Shown here: one piece after another, positions 43,741 through 54,854 of the stretch
Numbering within the stretch: the first letter of the stretch is position 1
Layout of the letters: each line of letters begins with the position of its first letter
Assembly: GCA_965115975.1 (NCBI GenBank)
Contig: OZ220468.1
Coordinates: forward strand, 629,060 to 693,059
Length of the DNA: 64,000 nucleotides
Direction: 5' to 3'
DNA from: Longimicrobiales bacterium
GTDB taxonomy: Bacteria > Gemmatimonadota > Gemmatimonadetes > Longimicrobiales > Gaopeijiaceae
Translations under genes and position numbers: made by a program
Notes under the pieces: model-generated
The model's input: only the letters and a program-made list of their open reading frames with translations
Database searches by the model: none
What the model was told of the DNA's origin: nothing

Positions 43741-46700
43741 TCAGCTCACGATTCTGCCGGGCCCGGGCAGCACGACCGCCGGCAGTCCGAGCCGCTCGAC
43801 CGCCTCGTTGAAGCGCTGCAGCTCGTTTTCCAGCAGATCGACGTAGCGCGTCCGCACCGTCTCCCACTCCTCGAGCAGCGTGCCCAGACGTTCCAGCGAG
43901 CCCTCCTGCGGCGCGCCTTCGGCCCCGCCGGAGATGTAGCCGTCCGTGCCCGTGACCCGACCGTACAGCTCGATCCACTGGGCGTCGAGGCGGGGAGCGA
44001 AGCGAATCGGGTCCTGGCCCGAGCGGTTCCGGGTCTGCATGAGCTCCTCGGTGACGCCCTCGGACTTGTCCGTCAACGTGTCGGCGAGCGCCTCGAGCGC
44101 GTCGGCCCGGTCGGCCGACCGCGCCCGCTCCATCGTCTCCTCGACCTGCGCGCGGATGGCGGCGAGGCCTTCGATGGCGGCCGTGATCGAGTTGATCGAG
44201 TCGCGCGCTTCGATGGCGACGCGGAACTGCTCCTCGTAGCTCCGAGCCGCGACGTCCGGGATCCTCGGATCGGGCAGCAGCTCGAGGCTCGTCCGGCGCT
44301 CCTCGTCGCCGACCGTCATGCGCACCTCGTAGGTCCCGGGCGGGGCCTTGACGCCCCCCGTGTACCCCCAGGCGACGGCCCCCTCGGGGAGCTCGGGCCC
44401 CGGGTAGAAGAGCGTCCACGCGATCCGATTGAGCCCGGCCTCCTTCGGAATCGTCTCGCCGTCGGCCTCCTCGGCCGCGGCCGAGTCCGAGGAGAACGTC
44501 CGCACGATCTCGCCCCGAGCGTCGACGATCTCGACCTGCACGTCGGCATCGGGCTCCTGGGCGAGGTAGTAGTGGAGCTGCACGCCGGCCGGCGGCGCTT
44601 CGGGATTGAACTCGGCGAGGAACGACGAGCCGACGTTGGTCAGCCGATGCGCCGGCGGGGGCGAGAACAGGTGGGTCCCGGACGCCACCGCGGCCTCGAT
44701 CTCCCGCAGCGGACTGACGTCGTCCATGATCCAGAACGACCGTCCTTGAGTGGACAGGATCAGATCGTCGTGCGCGACGCGCATGCCCGTGACCGGCGTG
44801 ACGGGCAGGTTCCGCTGGAACGACTGCCAGGCGTCGCCGGCGGTGAGCGACACGAAGACGCCGAACTCCGTGCCGGCGAACAGCAGTCCCTCCCGCTCCG
44901 GGTCCTCCCGCACCGTGCGCACCGGGTGGTCGTCCGGGATGCCGTCGATGGCCAGCTCCCAGGACTCGCCGCCGTCGTCGGTGCGGAAGACGTAGGGTCG
45001 GAAGTCGTCCAGCCGGTAGCGGTGCACCGCCGCCCAGGCGCGGCCCGGACGGTGCCGGGACAGCTCGATCTCGTCGACGGTCCCCAGCTCCGGCATGTCG
45101 CCGGGCGTGACCTCGATCCAGTTGGCGCCCCCGTCGCGGGTCACGTGGATCCTGCCGTCGTCGCTTCCCGCCCACAGCTCGTCCGCGTCGAACGGGCTCT
45201 CCGCCAGCGAGAACACCGTGTTGTAGATCTCGACGCCCGTGACGTCGGCGTTGATCGGCCCGCCGGACTGCTCCTGGTGGTCGGGGTCGTCGGTGGTCAG
45301 GTCCGGGCTGATCGTCTCCCACGTCGCGCCTTCGTCGCGGGACCGGTTGACGTACTGGCTCCCGTGGTACAGGACGCTCGCGTCGTGCGCGCTGACCAGC
45401 ATGGGGGAGACCCACTGGAAGCGGTGGCGAAGGTCCTTCGCCGCCATGCCGAGCTGCAGCTGCGGATACAGCATGACGTTGCGACGCTGGCCGCTCGAGA
45501 GGTCGTAGCGGTCCATGACGCCGCCGTAGCAGCCCGCGTAGACGACGTCGGGGCGGTCGGGGTCGAGCGCGACGGGACCCGTCTCGCAGCCGCCGACGTT
45601 GCGCCATCCCTCCTTGGGGTACAGCGCGTTCACGTCGCTCCACGCCGGCACCGAGATCGTCGTGTTGTCCTGCTGCGCGCCGTAGAGCCGGTACGGGAAC
45701 CCGTTGTCGACGATCACGTCGTACAGCTCGGCCGTCGGCTGGTTGAAGTACGTGGACCACGACTCGCCCCCGTTGACCGAGACCTGCGCGCCGCCGTCGT
45801 TGGCGACGACCATGCGGTCCGGGTCGTCGGGGTGGATCCACAGATCGTGCACGTCGCCGTGGGGCACGGGGATGTTCTCGAAGGTCGTCCCGCCGTCGAC
45901 CGATCGGTACAGGCCCGTGTTGAGCGCGTAGACCGTGTTGCGGTCCGTCGGGTCGGCCTGCACGTGCGTGTAGTACCACGCCCGCTGGCGGAGTTCGTTC
46001 TGGGAGTTGGTCCGCCGCCACGTCTCGCCCGCGTCGTCGGAGCGGTACACGCCGCCGTCGGGCTCCGCCTCGACGATCGCCCACACCCGGTCGGGGTCGG
46101 CGGGCGAGACGCTGACGCCGACCTTGCCGACGATCCCCTCCGGGAGGCCGCCCGCCAGCTTCGTCCAGCCGTCGCCGCCGTCGGTCGTCTTGTAGACGCC
46201 GCCCTCGGGGGCGCCCGAGATCATGGCCCACGGCTTGCGCTCGCCCCGCCACATCCCGGCGTACAGCACGCGCGGGTTGCGCGCGTCCATCGTCAGGTCC
46301 GACGCCCCGGTCGAGTCGTTCAGCGCGAGCACGTGCTCCCAGGTCGCGCCGCCGTCGCGCGAGCGGAAGATCCCGCGCTCCGGGTTCCGGCCGAAGGGGT
46401 GGCCGAGCGCCGCGACGTAGACCAGGTCGTGGTCCCGCGGATGGACTTCGATGCGCCCGATCTGCCCCGCCTCAGGCAGCCCCGCGAAGCTCCACGAACG
46501 TCCGCCGTCCGTCGATTTCCACATGCCCCGTCCGGTGGACGTGTTGCCCCGGATGTCCATCGAGCCGCCGCCGACGTAGACGACGTTGGGGTCCGAGGCG
46601 GCCACGGCGACGGCCCCGATCGAGCCGCCGAAGTGCCCGTCCGAGACGTTGCGCCAGTGGGCGCCGTTGTCGTCCGATTCCCAGACGCCGCCCCCGGTCG

Positions 46701-46962
46701 TCCCCATGATCCAGCGATCCGGATCGCCTGCGAACCCGGCGGCGGCCGTGGATCGGCCTCCCCGATAGGGTCCGACCATGCGGTAGCGGAGGTCCTTGAA
46801 CGCCATCGTGTCGATCGCGCGAACGGCGTCCTGGGACGCGAGCGGCGCGGGCGACGCGAGGAAGGCGCCGATCGCCCCGAGGACGACGACCGGCAGCGCG
46901 GCGAGGAGGGGATTGCGGGGCCTGAGGGCGGGGCCCGTCGTCGGGCGGTCGCTGTTCGTCAC
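43741..46962 (-). CDS. BNR/Asp-box repeat, sortilin/VPS10-like beta-propeller glycosidase-like protein, secreted
   Basis: 1073 aa. Signal region. Repeated S.DGG.SW / S.D.G.TW Asp-box motifs (STDGGRSWS, SRDGGATWE, TTDGGDGWT, SDDAGETWR, SVDGGTTF, SRDEGATWE, TRDGGANW, TDDGGESW). Confidence 0.8.
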   Translation of the reverse strand: MTNSDRPTTGPALRPRNPLLAALPVVVLGAIGAFLASPAPLASQDAVRAIDTMAFKDLRYRMVGPYRGGRSTAAAGFAGDPDRWIMGTTGGGVWESDDNGAHWRNVSDGHFGGSIGAVAVAASDPNVVYVGGGSMDIRGNTSTGRGMWKSTDGGRSWSFAGLPEAGQIGRIEVHPRDHDLVYVAALGHPFGRNPERGIFRSRDGGATWEHVLALNDSTGASDLTMDARNPRVLYAGMWRGERKPWAMISGAPEGGVYKTTDGGDGWTKLAGGLPEGIVGKVGVSVSPADPDRVWAIVEAEPDGGVYRSDDAGETWRRTNSQNELRQRAWYYTHVQADPTDRNTVYALNTGLYRSVDGGTTFENIPVPHGDVHDLWIHPDDPDRMVVANDGGAQVSVNGGESWSTYFNQPTAELYDVIVDNGFPYRLYGAQQDNTTISVPAWSDVNALYPKEGWRNVGGCETGPVALDPDRPDVVYAGCYGGVMDRYDLSSGQRRNVMLYPQLQLGMAAKDLRHRFQWVSPMLVSAHDASVLYHGSQYVNRSRDEGATWETISPDLTTDDPDHQEQSGGPINADVTGVEIYNTVFSLAESPFDADELWAGSDDGRIHVTRDGGANWIEVTPGDMPELGTVDEIELSRHRPGRAWAAVHRYRLDDFRPYVFRTDDGGESWELAIDGIPDDHPVRTVREDPEREGLLFAGTEFGVFVSLTAGDAWQSFQRNLPVTPVTGMRVAHDDLILSTQGRSFWIMDDVSPLREIEAAVASGTHLFSPPPAHRLTNVGSSFLAEFNPEAPPAGVQLHYYLAQEPDADVQVEIVDARGEIVRTFSSDSAAAEEADGETIPKEAGLNRIAWTLFYPGPELPEGAVAWGYTGGVKAPPGTYEVRMTVGDEERRTSLELLPDPRIPDVAARSYEEQFRVAIEARDSINSITAAIEGLAAIRAQVEETMERARSADRADALEALADTLTDKSEGVTEELMQTRNRSGQDPIRFAPRLDAQWIELYGRVTGTDGYISGGAEGAPQEGSLERLGTLLEEWETVRTRYVDLLENELQRFNEAVERLGLPAVVLPGPGRIVS

Positions 46963-47407
46963 TTGGAGTTGGAGTCTCTTGGGCGGAACGGAGATCGAGT
47001 TGTGGGCGACGAAGGCCGTCGTCGGTCCGTCAACGATGCCCGCGCCGGTCCCGCCGGGTCAACCCGCTGGCCGCGTTTTGGAATCCCGCCGGCGACGGAT
47101 AGCTTCTCCGGTCCGGCCGCGCGCGACCCCGTCTCGAACGCTGGAGAGGGCTCGGCGGCTCGAGGGGGCGCCGGACGGCGATTCCGCCCCGGAGAATGGG
47201 AGAGCGAGCAGGCGTGATCGCAGGCGAATCCACCCTCGGCCGGCCCTGGCGACGAGAGCGGGCCGTCCGACGCGGCCGCGGGGTCGGCCGACGCGGCGGC
47301 GCCGAATGCGCTCGCGCGGCGGCCCGGTCGCTCGCGAGATCGGCCGCCGACCGCGTCGCGCGCCGCTTTCCGCCGTGCGCGCCGCGCCGTCGTCCGAGCG
47401 CGGTCCG

Positions 47408-47722
47408 TCAGGCCGAGGACGTCCGCTCCTTCCTGGACGGCGTCCGCGCGCCGGGCGAGCTCTCGAGCGCCCGGCCGTCTTCCCCGCGACTCGCGGCCGA
47501 GTGTCCCCTGGAGGGGTCGGCGGGCGTCGCGTCGGGCGACGGGCGCCGGTCGAGGCGCTCGACCGGCTGGGCCGCGGCCTCGCTGTCGCGGGCTTCCGCG
47601 GGCGGCGTCTCCGCGGCCCAGCGGATGATCCCGGTAGCTCCCAGAATGAGACCCAGGGAAAGCCCGAGTCCGACTCCGGTGGCGAGGCGGGGCGATCGTC
47701 GGCTCCAGCGCACCTTGATCAT
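47408..47722 (-). CDS. hypothetical small single-pass membrane protein
   Basis: 104 aa. ATG47722 preceded by GGGGAGGAAG. TM LATGVGLGLSLGLILGATGII followed by a low-complexity tail. Inside a 0.9-kb divergent intergenic region. Confidence 0.35.
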   Translation of the reverse strand: MIKVRWSRRSPRLATGVGLGLSLGLILGATGIIRWAAETPPAEARDSEAAAQPVERLDRRPSPDATPADPSRGHSAASRGEDGRALESSPGARTPSRKERTSSA

Positions 47723-47875
47723 GCTTCCTCCCCTGATCCGGGCGAGGCGCCGCTCGCCCGAATCGTCGTTCCCAACGCCGAGGGCGCGCCAGCGGCGCAC
47801 CCCTTCCGACCAAGCCACTACGCAACTTTCGTGCCGCGGGTTTCCCGCCGAGCGGCCGAGCGGCGGACGAGGACG

Positions 47876-49279
47876 ATGACGCCGACGCTCCTGGGCCTTC
47901 TCCTCTACGTGGCGCTGATCACGGCGACGGGCGTCGCCGTGGGCCGCCGCGTGTCCGGCGCCGCCGACTTCTTCGTGGCCGGGCGCGCCCTGGGTCCGGG
48001 ACTTCTCTTCGTCACCGTCCTGGCGGCCAACGTCGGGGCGGGCTCCACCGTGGGCGCCGCGGGGCTGGGCTACGAGAACGGAGCGGCGGCGTGGTGGTGG
48101 GTCGCGTCCGCGGGCGTCGGCACCCTGGTCCTGGCGTTGTGGCTGGGTCCGCGCATCTGGAGGGTCGCCAAGGAGCATTCGCTGCGCACGGCGGGCGACT
48201 ACCTCGAGCATCGGTACGGTCCGTCGGTCCGCCTGGCGACGGCCGCGACGCTGTGGCTGGGCTCGCTCGCCATCCTCGCGGCCCAGCTCATCGCGATGGC
48301 GTGGATCCTCGAGGTCGTCGCGGGCGCGCCCCGTTGGCTGGGCGCCGTCGCGGGCGGCGTCGCGATGACGGTCTACTTCGCGGCCGGCGGCCTGCTCGGC
48401 TCGGCGTGGGTCAACCTGTGTCAGCTCGCCGTTCTCTCGGCGGGCTTTCTGATCGCCGCGCCCATGGCCGTCGCCGGCGCGGGCGGCTTCGACGCGGCGC
48501 TCGCGGCGGCGCGCTCGACGCCCGGACATCTCGACTTCATGGGCAACGGGAGTTCGGGCTGGACGTACCTGATCCTCCTGGCTCCGGCCTTCGTCGTCTC
48601 GCCCGGGATCCTGCAGAAGACGTTCGGCGCCCGCGACGTCGCCGCCGTGCGCAAGGGGCTGGCCGCGTGCGGGATCGCGCTCATGGCGTTCGCCGCGCTG
48701 CCGCCGATGCTCGGGATGGCGGCCCGCGTCGTCGCGCCCGGCCTCGAGAACCCCGAGATGGCGCTGCCGGTCGTCCTGACCCAGGGCGTGCCGGCGTGGG
48801 TCGGGCTGCTGGGGCTGGCCGCCGTGCTGTCGGCGGAGATCAGCTCGGCCGACGCGATCCTGTTCATGCTCTCGACGTCGCTGTCGCAGGACCTGTATCG
48901 ACGCTTCCTGAACCCGGACGCGAGCGACCGCCAGGTCCTCCGCGTGGCCCGCGCCGCCGCCGTCGTCGGAGGCGCCGCCGGGGTCGCGCTGGCCGTCGTC
49001 GTGCCCACGGTCGTCGCCGCGCTGACCATCTTCTACTCGATCCTGACGGCGAGCCTGTTCGTCCCCGTGGTGGCCGGCCTGTGCTCGCGGCGCCCCGGCG
49101 TCGCCGAGGCGCTGGCCGCGATGGCGGCCGGAGTCTGCGCGCTCGCGGCGGCCCGCCGCTTCGAGTGGGACGTCGCCTGGGCGTCTCCGTCGGCGTGGGG
49201 CCTCGGGGCGGCGGCGACGGCCTACGGCGCCTGGTTCCTCGCTCGGCGCGGACTCGCGCGCAGGGAGGCGGGCGGATGA
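47876..49279 (+). CDS. sodium:solute symporter family (SSF) transporter
   Basis: MTPTLLGLLLYVALITATGVAVGRRVSGAADFFVAGRALG is the typical SSF N-terminus. About 12-13 TM segments. ATG47876 inside a longer track ORF. Confidence 0.85.
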   Translation: MTPTLLGLLLYVALITATGVAVGRRVSGAADFFVAGRALGPGLLFVTVLAANVGAGSTVGAAGLGYENGAAAWWWVASAGVGTLVLALWLGPRIWRVAKEHSLRTAGDYLEHRYGPSVRLATAATLWLGSLAILAAQLIAMAWILEVVAGAPRWLGAVAGGVAMTVYFAAGGLLGSAWVNLCQLAVLSAGFLIAAPMAVAGAGGFDAALAAARSTPGHLDFMGNGSSGWTYLILLAPAFVVSPGILQKTFGARDVAAVRKGLAACGIALMAFAALPPMLGMAARVVAPGLENPEMALPVVLTQGVPAWVGLLGLAAVLSAEISSADAILFMLSTSLSQDLYRRFLNPDASDRQVLRVARAAAVVGGAAGVALAVVVPTVVAALTIFYSILTASLFVPVVAGLCSRRPGVAEALAAMAAGVCALAAARRFEWDVAWASPSAWGLGAAATAYGAWFLARRGLARREAGG

Positions 49280-50289
49280 GCGTCGCTTGGCCCGACGAGA
49301 TCCGCACCGTCGAGATGCACACGGGCGGCGAGCCCGTCCGCATCGTCGTCGCCGGCTACCCGGAGGTCCCGGGCGAGACGATTCTGGACAAGCGGCGCTA
49401 CGCCCGGGACCGCCTGGACCATCTGCGTCGCTTCCTGATGCACGAGCCTCGCGGACACCGGGACATGTACGGGGTCCTTCCCGTCGAGCCGGACGACCCG
49501 GACGCCGACCTCGCCGTCCTGTTCTGCCACAACGAGGGCTATTCCACGATGTGCGGCCACGCGGTCGTCGCCGTGGCCCGTTGGGCCGTCGACGAAGGTC
49601 TGGTCGCCGCCCGCGAGCCCCGCGTCGCCGTGCGCGTCCAGTGTCCCTGCGGCACGGTCGTCGCGTACGTCCGGACGAGCGGCGCCCATGCCGGGTGGGT
49701 GCGCTACCGCAGCGTGGGCGCCTTCGCCCCGCTGCTCGACGAGCCGCTCGAGATCGACGGCCACGGCTCCGTGCCGGTGGACGTCGGCTACGGCGGCGCG
49801 TACTACGCGATCGTTCCCGCCGACCGCTTCGGGTTGAACGTGCGGACGTCGTCGCTCCGGTCGCTCGTGGACGCCGCGTGGGCCGTGACGTGCGCGGCGA
49901 AGAGCCGGCTCGCGCTCGAGCACCCGAGCCACCCCGATCTGGCGTTCCTGTACGGGACGATCCTGACGGACGGCGGCCTGGGGAGCGACGCGCCCAGCGC
50001 CAACGTCTGCGTCTTCGCCGACCGCCAGGTCGATCGCAGCCCGACGGGCAGCGGCGTCACCGCCAGAATGGCCGTCCAGAGGGCGCGCGGGCAGGCCGAG
50101 CCGGGCGACGAGCGGCGGTTCTCGAGCGTCACCGGCGCGGTGTTCACCGGGTGCGTCGTCGAGGACGTCCGGGTGGGTCCGCATCCGGGCGTCGTCGTCC
50201 TGGTGGGCGGTCGAGCGCACTACACGGGCGAAGCGCGCTTCCGGGCCGAGGCGGGCGATCGGCTCGCCGGCGGGTTCGCGCTCCGGTAG
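49276..50289 (+). CDS. proline racemase superfamily protein, Cys/Thr type (predicted trans-3-hydroxy-L-proline dehydratase-like)
   Basis: VEMHTGGEPVRIVV, first catalytic motif YSTMCGHA, second motif DRSPTGSG (Thr in place of the racemase/epimerase Cys). Start overlaps the transporter stop. Confidence 0.8.
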   Translation: MSVAWPDEIRTVEMHTGGEPVRIVVAGYPEVPGETILDKRRYARDRLDHLRRFLMHEPRGHRDMYGVLPVEPDDPDADLAVLFCHNEGYSTMCGHAVVAVARWAVDEGLVAAREPRVAVRVQCPCGTVVAYVRTSGAHAGWVRYRSVGAFAPLLDEPLEIDGHGSVPVDVGYGGAYYAIVPADRFGLNVRTSSLRSLVDAAWAVTCAAKSRLALEHPSHPDLAFLYGTILTDGGLGSDAPSANVCVFADRQVDRSPTGSGVTARMAVQRARGQAEPGDERRFSSVTGAVFTGCVVEDVRVGPHPGVVVLVGGRAHYTGEARFRAEAGDRLAGGFALR

Positions 50290-50354
50290 CGGGTGGGCCC
50301 GGGCGCTCGCCGTGTGCGCGGCTCGGCGCGCCGTCGCCTTGGACGGCCGCCGGC

Positions 50355-51110
50355 GTGACGTTCGCCGAATTCGAGGAGGCCGCCTGGCGCGCCTTCCGGG
50401 CCGTCCCCGAGGAGTACCGGAGCGGCGTCGACGGGCTTAGCGTGCGCCGCGAGGCCTTGCCGCACCCGGTCTTTCCGCACGTCTACACGCTGGGCATGTG
50501 CTCGACCGAGTCGTATCCGTCGGACTGGCGCGGGCCCGAGACGACCCGCTCCGTGGTGGCGCTGCACCACGGCTCCTTTCGCGAGCTGGCCCGTCTCGAT
50601 CCCGACTTCGACTGGGAGGGCGAGCTGTGGGACACCCTCGCGCACGAGCTTCGCCACCACCTCGAGTCGCTGGCCGACCGCGACGACCTGGGCGGCGTCG
50701 ACTACGCCATGGAGGAGTCGTTCAAGCGCGCAGAGGGCCTCGACTTCGATCCCCGCTACTATCGGGCGGGCGACGAGGTCGCGCCGGGCGTCTTCCGCGT
50801 CGAGACCGATTTCTTCATCGAGCAGTCCTGGACCGAGGAGCGGCTCGCCCGGGCCGGCGAGGTGCGCTTTCGGTGGCGGGGCGTCGAGTACGGCGTGCGG
50901 GCGCCCGAGCGCCTGGGCGACGCGCACTTCGTGTGGGTCGACGGCGTCGACGTCGGACCCGGCGAGCTCCAGCTGGCGCTGGTGCGGAGACGCCGGTGGT
51001 GGGAGGCGCTCCTGAGGAGGCCCGGGGGCGAGCTCTGGGAATCGGAGGCCGAGGCGCGGCCGACGGGCGGCGACGGATCGACCCCGCCGGGGTCGACGGA
51101 GCGACCGTAG
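50355..51110 (+). CDS. HExxH zinc metallopeptidase-like protein (zincin fold, family uncertain)
   Basis: LAHELRHHLESL motif. 251 aa from GTG50355. Start uncertain. Confidence 0.5.
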   Translation: MTFAEFEEAAWRAFRAVPEEYRSGVDGLSVRREALPHPVFPHVYTLGMCSTESYPSDWRGPETTRSVVALHHGSFRELARLDPDFDWEGELWDTLAHELRHHLESLADRDDLGGVDYAMEESFKRAEGLDFDPRYYRAGDEVAPGVFRVETDFFIEQSWTEERLARAGEVRFRWRGVEYGVRAPERLGDAHFVWVDGVDVGPGELQLALVRRRRWWEALLRRPGGELWESEAEARPTGGDGSTPPGSTERP

Positions 51111-51189
51111 ACGCCGCATCTTGGGAGCTTGGGCGCGCGGGCGTCGGCGCGTCCGCGGGGATAGGATCGGAGCGAAGCCGGGAGAAGTC

Positions 51190-52116
51190 GTGGACAGAAG
51201 ACGGTTCCTGAGCGCGGTCGGCGTCGCGTGGGGCGGCGGTCCGCTGGTCGGATGGCCGAGGCGCGCGTTCGCCCGCCGCCGCGCCGGCGCGGCGACGCCG
51301 CCCCTCGAGCGCCTGGGGCTCCAGCTGTACACCGTGCGGTCGCTCATGGAGAGCGACGCGGCTCGCACCTTGGACGCCGCGGCCGCGATCGGGTACCGGG
51401 AGGTCGAGTTCGCCGGCCACTTCGGACACCCGCCGGCCACGCTCCGGCGCTGGCTGGACGACGCCGGCCTGACGGCGCCCGCCGCGCACGTCGGCCTCGA
51501 GGCGCTTCGGGGGGCCGGGCTCGAGGCCTCGATCGAGGCGGCGGCGACGCTGGGTCATCGCTGGCTCGCGCTGCCCTGGATTCCCGAGGATCTGCGCTCG
51601 CCGGACGGGTACCGGAGCGTGGCGCGGACGCTCAACGAAGCCGGCGCCCGCGCCGCCGAGTCCGGTCTTCGCGTCGCGTACCACAACCACGAGTTCGAGT
51701 TCGACGCGCTCCCGCCGGCGGCGGGAGCGCGGCCGGAGACGGGCTATTCGATCCTGCTCGACCGCTGCGAAGCGGCGCTCGTCGACATGGAGATCGACTT
51801 CTACTGGGCGCACGTCGCCGGCGTCGACGTCCTCGAGCTCTTCGCCGCCCGCGCCGGCCGGTTTCGGCTGTGCCACGTCAAGGACCGGAGCGCCGACGGT
51901 CGCATGGTCGCCGTCGGCGACGGCGAGATCGACTGGGCCGCGCTGTTCGAGCGGTCCGCCCAGGCCGGACTCGACCATTACATTGTGGAGCACGACCGTC
52001 CGGCGGACCCTCTCGATTCGGCCCGCAGGAGTTACGCCTTCCTGTCGCGGCTCGGGTCGACGGAGGGCCCAGGCGAACGCGACGAAACGGGAGCCCGTCG
52101 GGAGAAGTCGACTTGA
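51190..52116 (+). CDS. sugar phosphate isomerase/epimerase (xylose isomerase-like TIM barrel) with Tat-like leader
   Basis: [15 protein letters not shown] leader. [34 protein letters not shown] motifs. Confidence 0.78.
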   Translation: MDRRRFLSAVGVAWGGGPLVGWPRRAFARRRAGAATPPLERLGLQLYTVRSLMESDAARTLDAAAAIGYREVEFAGHFGHPPATLRRWLDDAGLTAPAAHVGLEALRGAGLEASIEAAATLGHRWLALPWIPEDLRSPDGYRSVARTLNEAGARAAESGLRVAYHNHEFEFDALPPAAGARPETGYSILLDRCEAALVDMEIDFYWAHVAGVDVLELFAARAGRFRLCHVKDRSADGRMVAVGDGEIDWAALFERSAQAGLDHYIVEHDRPADPLDSARRSYAFLSRLGSTEGPGERDETGARREKST

Positions 52117-53615
52117 GCGCATCGGCCGGGAGCGAAGTCGGCGGCGGCGAAGTTCGGGACGTCCGAGCCGGCCGCCTCTTCGCGGGCAGTTGCGTCGCTC
52201 TCGTGGCGACGTCGGTGGCCTTCGCCACCGTGAGCGCCGTCCTCTTCTCGCTCAAGGGCGACTTCCGCCTCGGCAACGAGCAGGTCGGCTGGATCGGCGG
52301 CGCGGCGCTGTGGGGATTCGCCGTCTCGCAGCTGTTCTTCGCGCCGTTCTGCGACACGCTGGGCATGCGCTTCCTCGTGCGCCTGGCCTTCGTCGGACAC
52401 GTCGTCGGCGCCGTGACGATGATCGCCGCCAACGGCTTCGCCGCGCTGTTCGCGGGCGCTCTGATCCTGGCCATGGCCAACGGGCTGGTCGAAGCCGCCT
52501 GCAACCCCTTGGTCGCGGCGCTCTACCCGGACGACAAGGCGGCGAGGCTGAACCGGTTTCACGTGTGGTTCCCCGGCGGCGTCGTGCTGGGCGGCCTGGC
52601 CGCGTACGGGCTGGACGAAGTCGGCGTGTCGGCGTGGCAGCTCAAGATCGCCCTGATCCTGATCCCGACGGCGCTCTACGGCGCGATGCTGCTGGGCGAG
52701 CGGTTCCCCGAGACCGAAGGGGTGCGCGCGGGCGTCTCGATGGGCGAGATGTTCCGCTCCGCGCTGAGCGCGCCGCTCATGCTGCTGATGTTGGCGTGCA
52801 TGGCGGTCACGGCGTCGATCGAACTGGGCCCGAACCGGTGGTTGCCCGCGGTGCTGGACGCGGCCGGCGCGCCCGGCGTCCTCGTGCTCGTGCACGTCTC
52901 GGCCGTGATGGCGATCCTGCGTTTCTGGGCCGGGCCCGTCGTGCGCCTGCTGTCGATCACCGGCGTGCTCCTGGCGTCGGCCGTCGTGTCGGGCGCGGGT
53001 CTGTTCTGGATGAGCGCGGGCGGATCGGGGGTCTCGGTCTTTCTGGCCGCGACGGCGTTCGCCGTCGGCGTGTGCTACCTCTGGCCGACGATGCTGGCGT
53101 TCGTGTCGGAGCGGATCCCCCGGAGCGGCGCGCTGGGACTCGGGCTCATGGGGACCGTCGGGATGGCGGCGGTCGGCCTCGCGGCCACGCCTCGGATGGG
53201 CGAGGTCGCCGATCTGAGGGCGCACGAGATCCTGGTCGCCGAGAACGAGACCTACGCGATCCTGGCCGAGAGCGGCGGCGCGCTGCAGCTCGAGACGCTC
53301 GAGCGCTCCGGGCCGGAGGACGCCGGACTCGAGGTCGCGGCGGACGCGATCGCCGACGTCCTCGGCGCCTACTACCGGGACTGGGAGCTGCCGCCGGTCC
53401 GGACGGCGAGCGCGCTGCGCGCGCTGGTCGCGTCGGGTTCGATGTCGCCGACCGTCGGTCGCGCCGAAGCGCTGCTGGGACGCGCCGAGCACCAGGGCGG
53501 ACTCGCGTCGTTCAGGCGACTGGCGCCGCTCGCCGGCGCGGTCGCTCTCGTCTTCCTGATCCTCCACCTGCATGCGCGAAGGGCCGTCGCGTCGGCGCGG
53601 CGCCAGGCGGCCTGA
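52113..53615 (+). CDS. MFS transporter
   Basis: About 12 TM segments. [29 protein letters not shown] loop typical of MFS TM2-3. TTG52113 overlaps the upstream stop (start uncertain). Confidence 0.7.
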   Translation: MSASAGSEVGGGEVRDVRAGRLFAGSCVALVATSVAFATVSAVLFSLKGDFRLGNEQVGWIGGAALWGFAVSQLFFAPFCDTLGMRFLVRLAFVGHVVGAVTMIAANGFAALFAGALILAMANGLVEAACNPLVAALYPDDKAARLNRFHVWFPGGVVLGGLAAYGLDEVGVSAWQLKIALILIPTALYGAMLLGERFPETEGVRAGVSMGEMFRSALSAPLMLLMLACMAVTASIELGPNRWLPAVLDAAGAPGVLVLVHVSAVMAILRFWAGPVVRLLSITGVLLASAVVSGAGLFWMSAGGSGVSVFLAATAFAVGVCYLWPTMLAFVSERIPRSGALGLGLMGTVGMAAVGLAATPRMGEVADLRAHEILVAENETYAILAESGGALQLETLERSGPEDAGLEVAADAIADVLGAYYRDWELPPVRTASALRALVASGSMSPTVGRAEALLGRAEHQGGLASFRRLAPLAGAVALVFLILHLHARRAVASARRQAA

Positions 53616-53663
53616 CGCTCCGAAGCCGGTGGCTCCGTTCCGCGAGCGAAGCCGGCTCCGGCC

Positions 53664-54854
53664 GTGAATCCGCACCTGGGGCGCAGGCTCCGCTACGGGA
53701 TGGTGGGCGGCGGCCCGGGCGCGTTCATCGGCGGCGTGCATCGAATGGCCGCGGCGCTGGACGGCGAGTGGGAGCTCGTCGCGGGCGCGTTCTCCTCGCA
53801 CGCCGCCACGTCGCGCGACCACGGCGCGACGCTCGGCTTGGATCCTGCGCGCGTCTACGGATCGTTCGCCGAGATGGCGGACGCGGAGGGCGCCCTGGGC
53901 CCGGGACGCGGCGTCGACGCGGTCGTCGTCGTCGCGCCGAACCACGTGCACGCGCCCGCGGCGCGCGCCTTCCTGGACCGGGGGATCCACGTGGTGTGCG
54001 ACAAGCCCATGACGACGACGGCGGCCGAAGCCGAGCGTCTGTGCGAGGCCGTCGAGCGCGTCGGGCTCGTCTTCGCGCTCACGCACAACTACGTCGGCTA
54101 CCCGATGGTCAAGGAGGCGCGCGCGCTCGCGCGGTCGGGCCGTCTGGGGGCGCTCCGCAAGGTGGTCGCCTCCTATCCGCAGGGCTGGCTGGCCACGAGG
54201 CTCGAGACCGCCGGGCACCGGCAGGCCGAGTGGCGGCAGGACCCCCGACGCGCCGGCGCGTTCGGCGCGCTGGCGGACATCGGGACGCACTTGCACCACC
54301 TGGTCGGCTACGTGACCGGCCTCGAGGTCGCGCAGGTCTTCGCCGACGTCGGCGCGCGGGTCGAGGGGCGCGTCCTGGACGACGACGCGGCGATGCTCGT
54401 GCGCTTCCGCGGCGGCGCCCGGGGCGTCTACCACGCGACGCAGGTGGCGACCGGTCGCGCGAACGGACTCTCGCTCGAGGTCTACGGCGCCGACGCCGGC
54501 CTCGTCTGGCGCCAGGAGTCGCCCGACGAGCTTCGCCTCCTTCCCCGCGATGCGCCGCGGCGAACGCTGGCGCGAGGCAGCCCCTGGCTGTCGGCCGCCG
54601 CCCGCCGAGCGACCCGTCTGCCTCCGGGCCATCCGGAGGGGTTCGTCGAGGCATTCGCCAACGCGTATCTCGGCGCGGGCAGGCTCGTCGGCGCGCGCAT
54701 CGCGGGCGAGGAGTCGGACGCGCTGGGTCGCGACGTGCCCGACCATCGAGACGGACTGCGCGGAATGCGGTTCCTCGAGTGCGCGGCCCGCGCGTCCGCC
54801 GAGGGGCGGTGGGTCGACGTGGACGAGCGCTTCGACGCGGGCGGCGGCGCGTGA
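53664..54854 (+). CDS. Gfo/Idh/MocA family NAD(P)-dependent oxidoreductase
   Basis: Rossmann [23 protein letters not shown] motif. 396 aa. Confidence 0.88.
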   Translation: MNPHLGRRLRYGMVGGGPGAFIGGVHRMAAALDGEWELVAGAFSSHAATSRDHGATLGLDPARVYGSFAEMADAEGALGPGRGVDAVVVVAPNHVHAPAARAFLDRGIHVVCDKPMTTTAAEAERLCEAVERVGLVFALTHNYVGYPMVKEARALARSGRLGALRKVVASYPQGWLATRLETAGHRQAEWRQDPRRAGAFGALADIGTHLHHLVGYVTGLEVAQVFADVGARVEGRVLDDDAAMLVRFRGGARGVYHATQVATGRANGLSLEVYGADAGLVWRQESPDELRLLPRDAPRRTLARGSPWLSAAARRATRLPPGHPEGFVEAFANAYLGAGRLVGARIAGEESDALGRDVPDHRDGLRGMRFLECAARASAEGRWVDVDERFDAGGGA

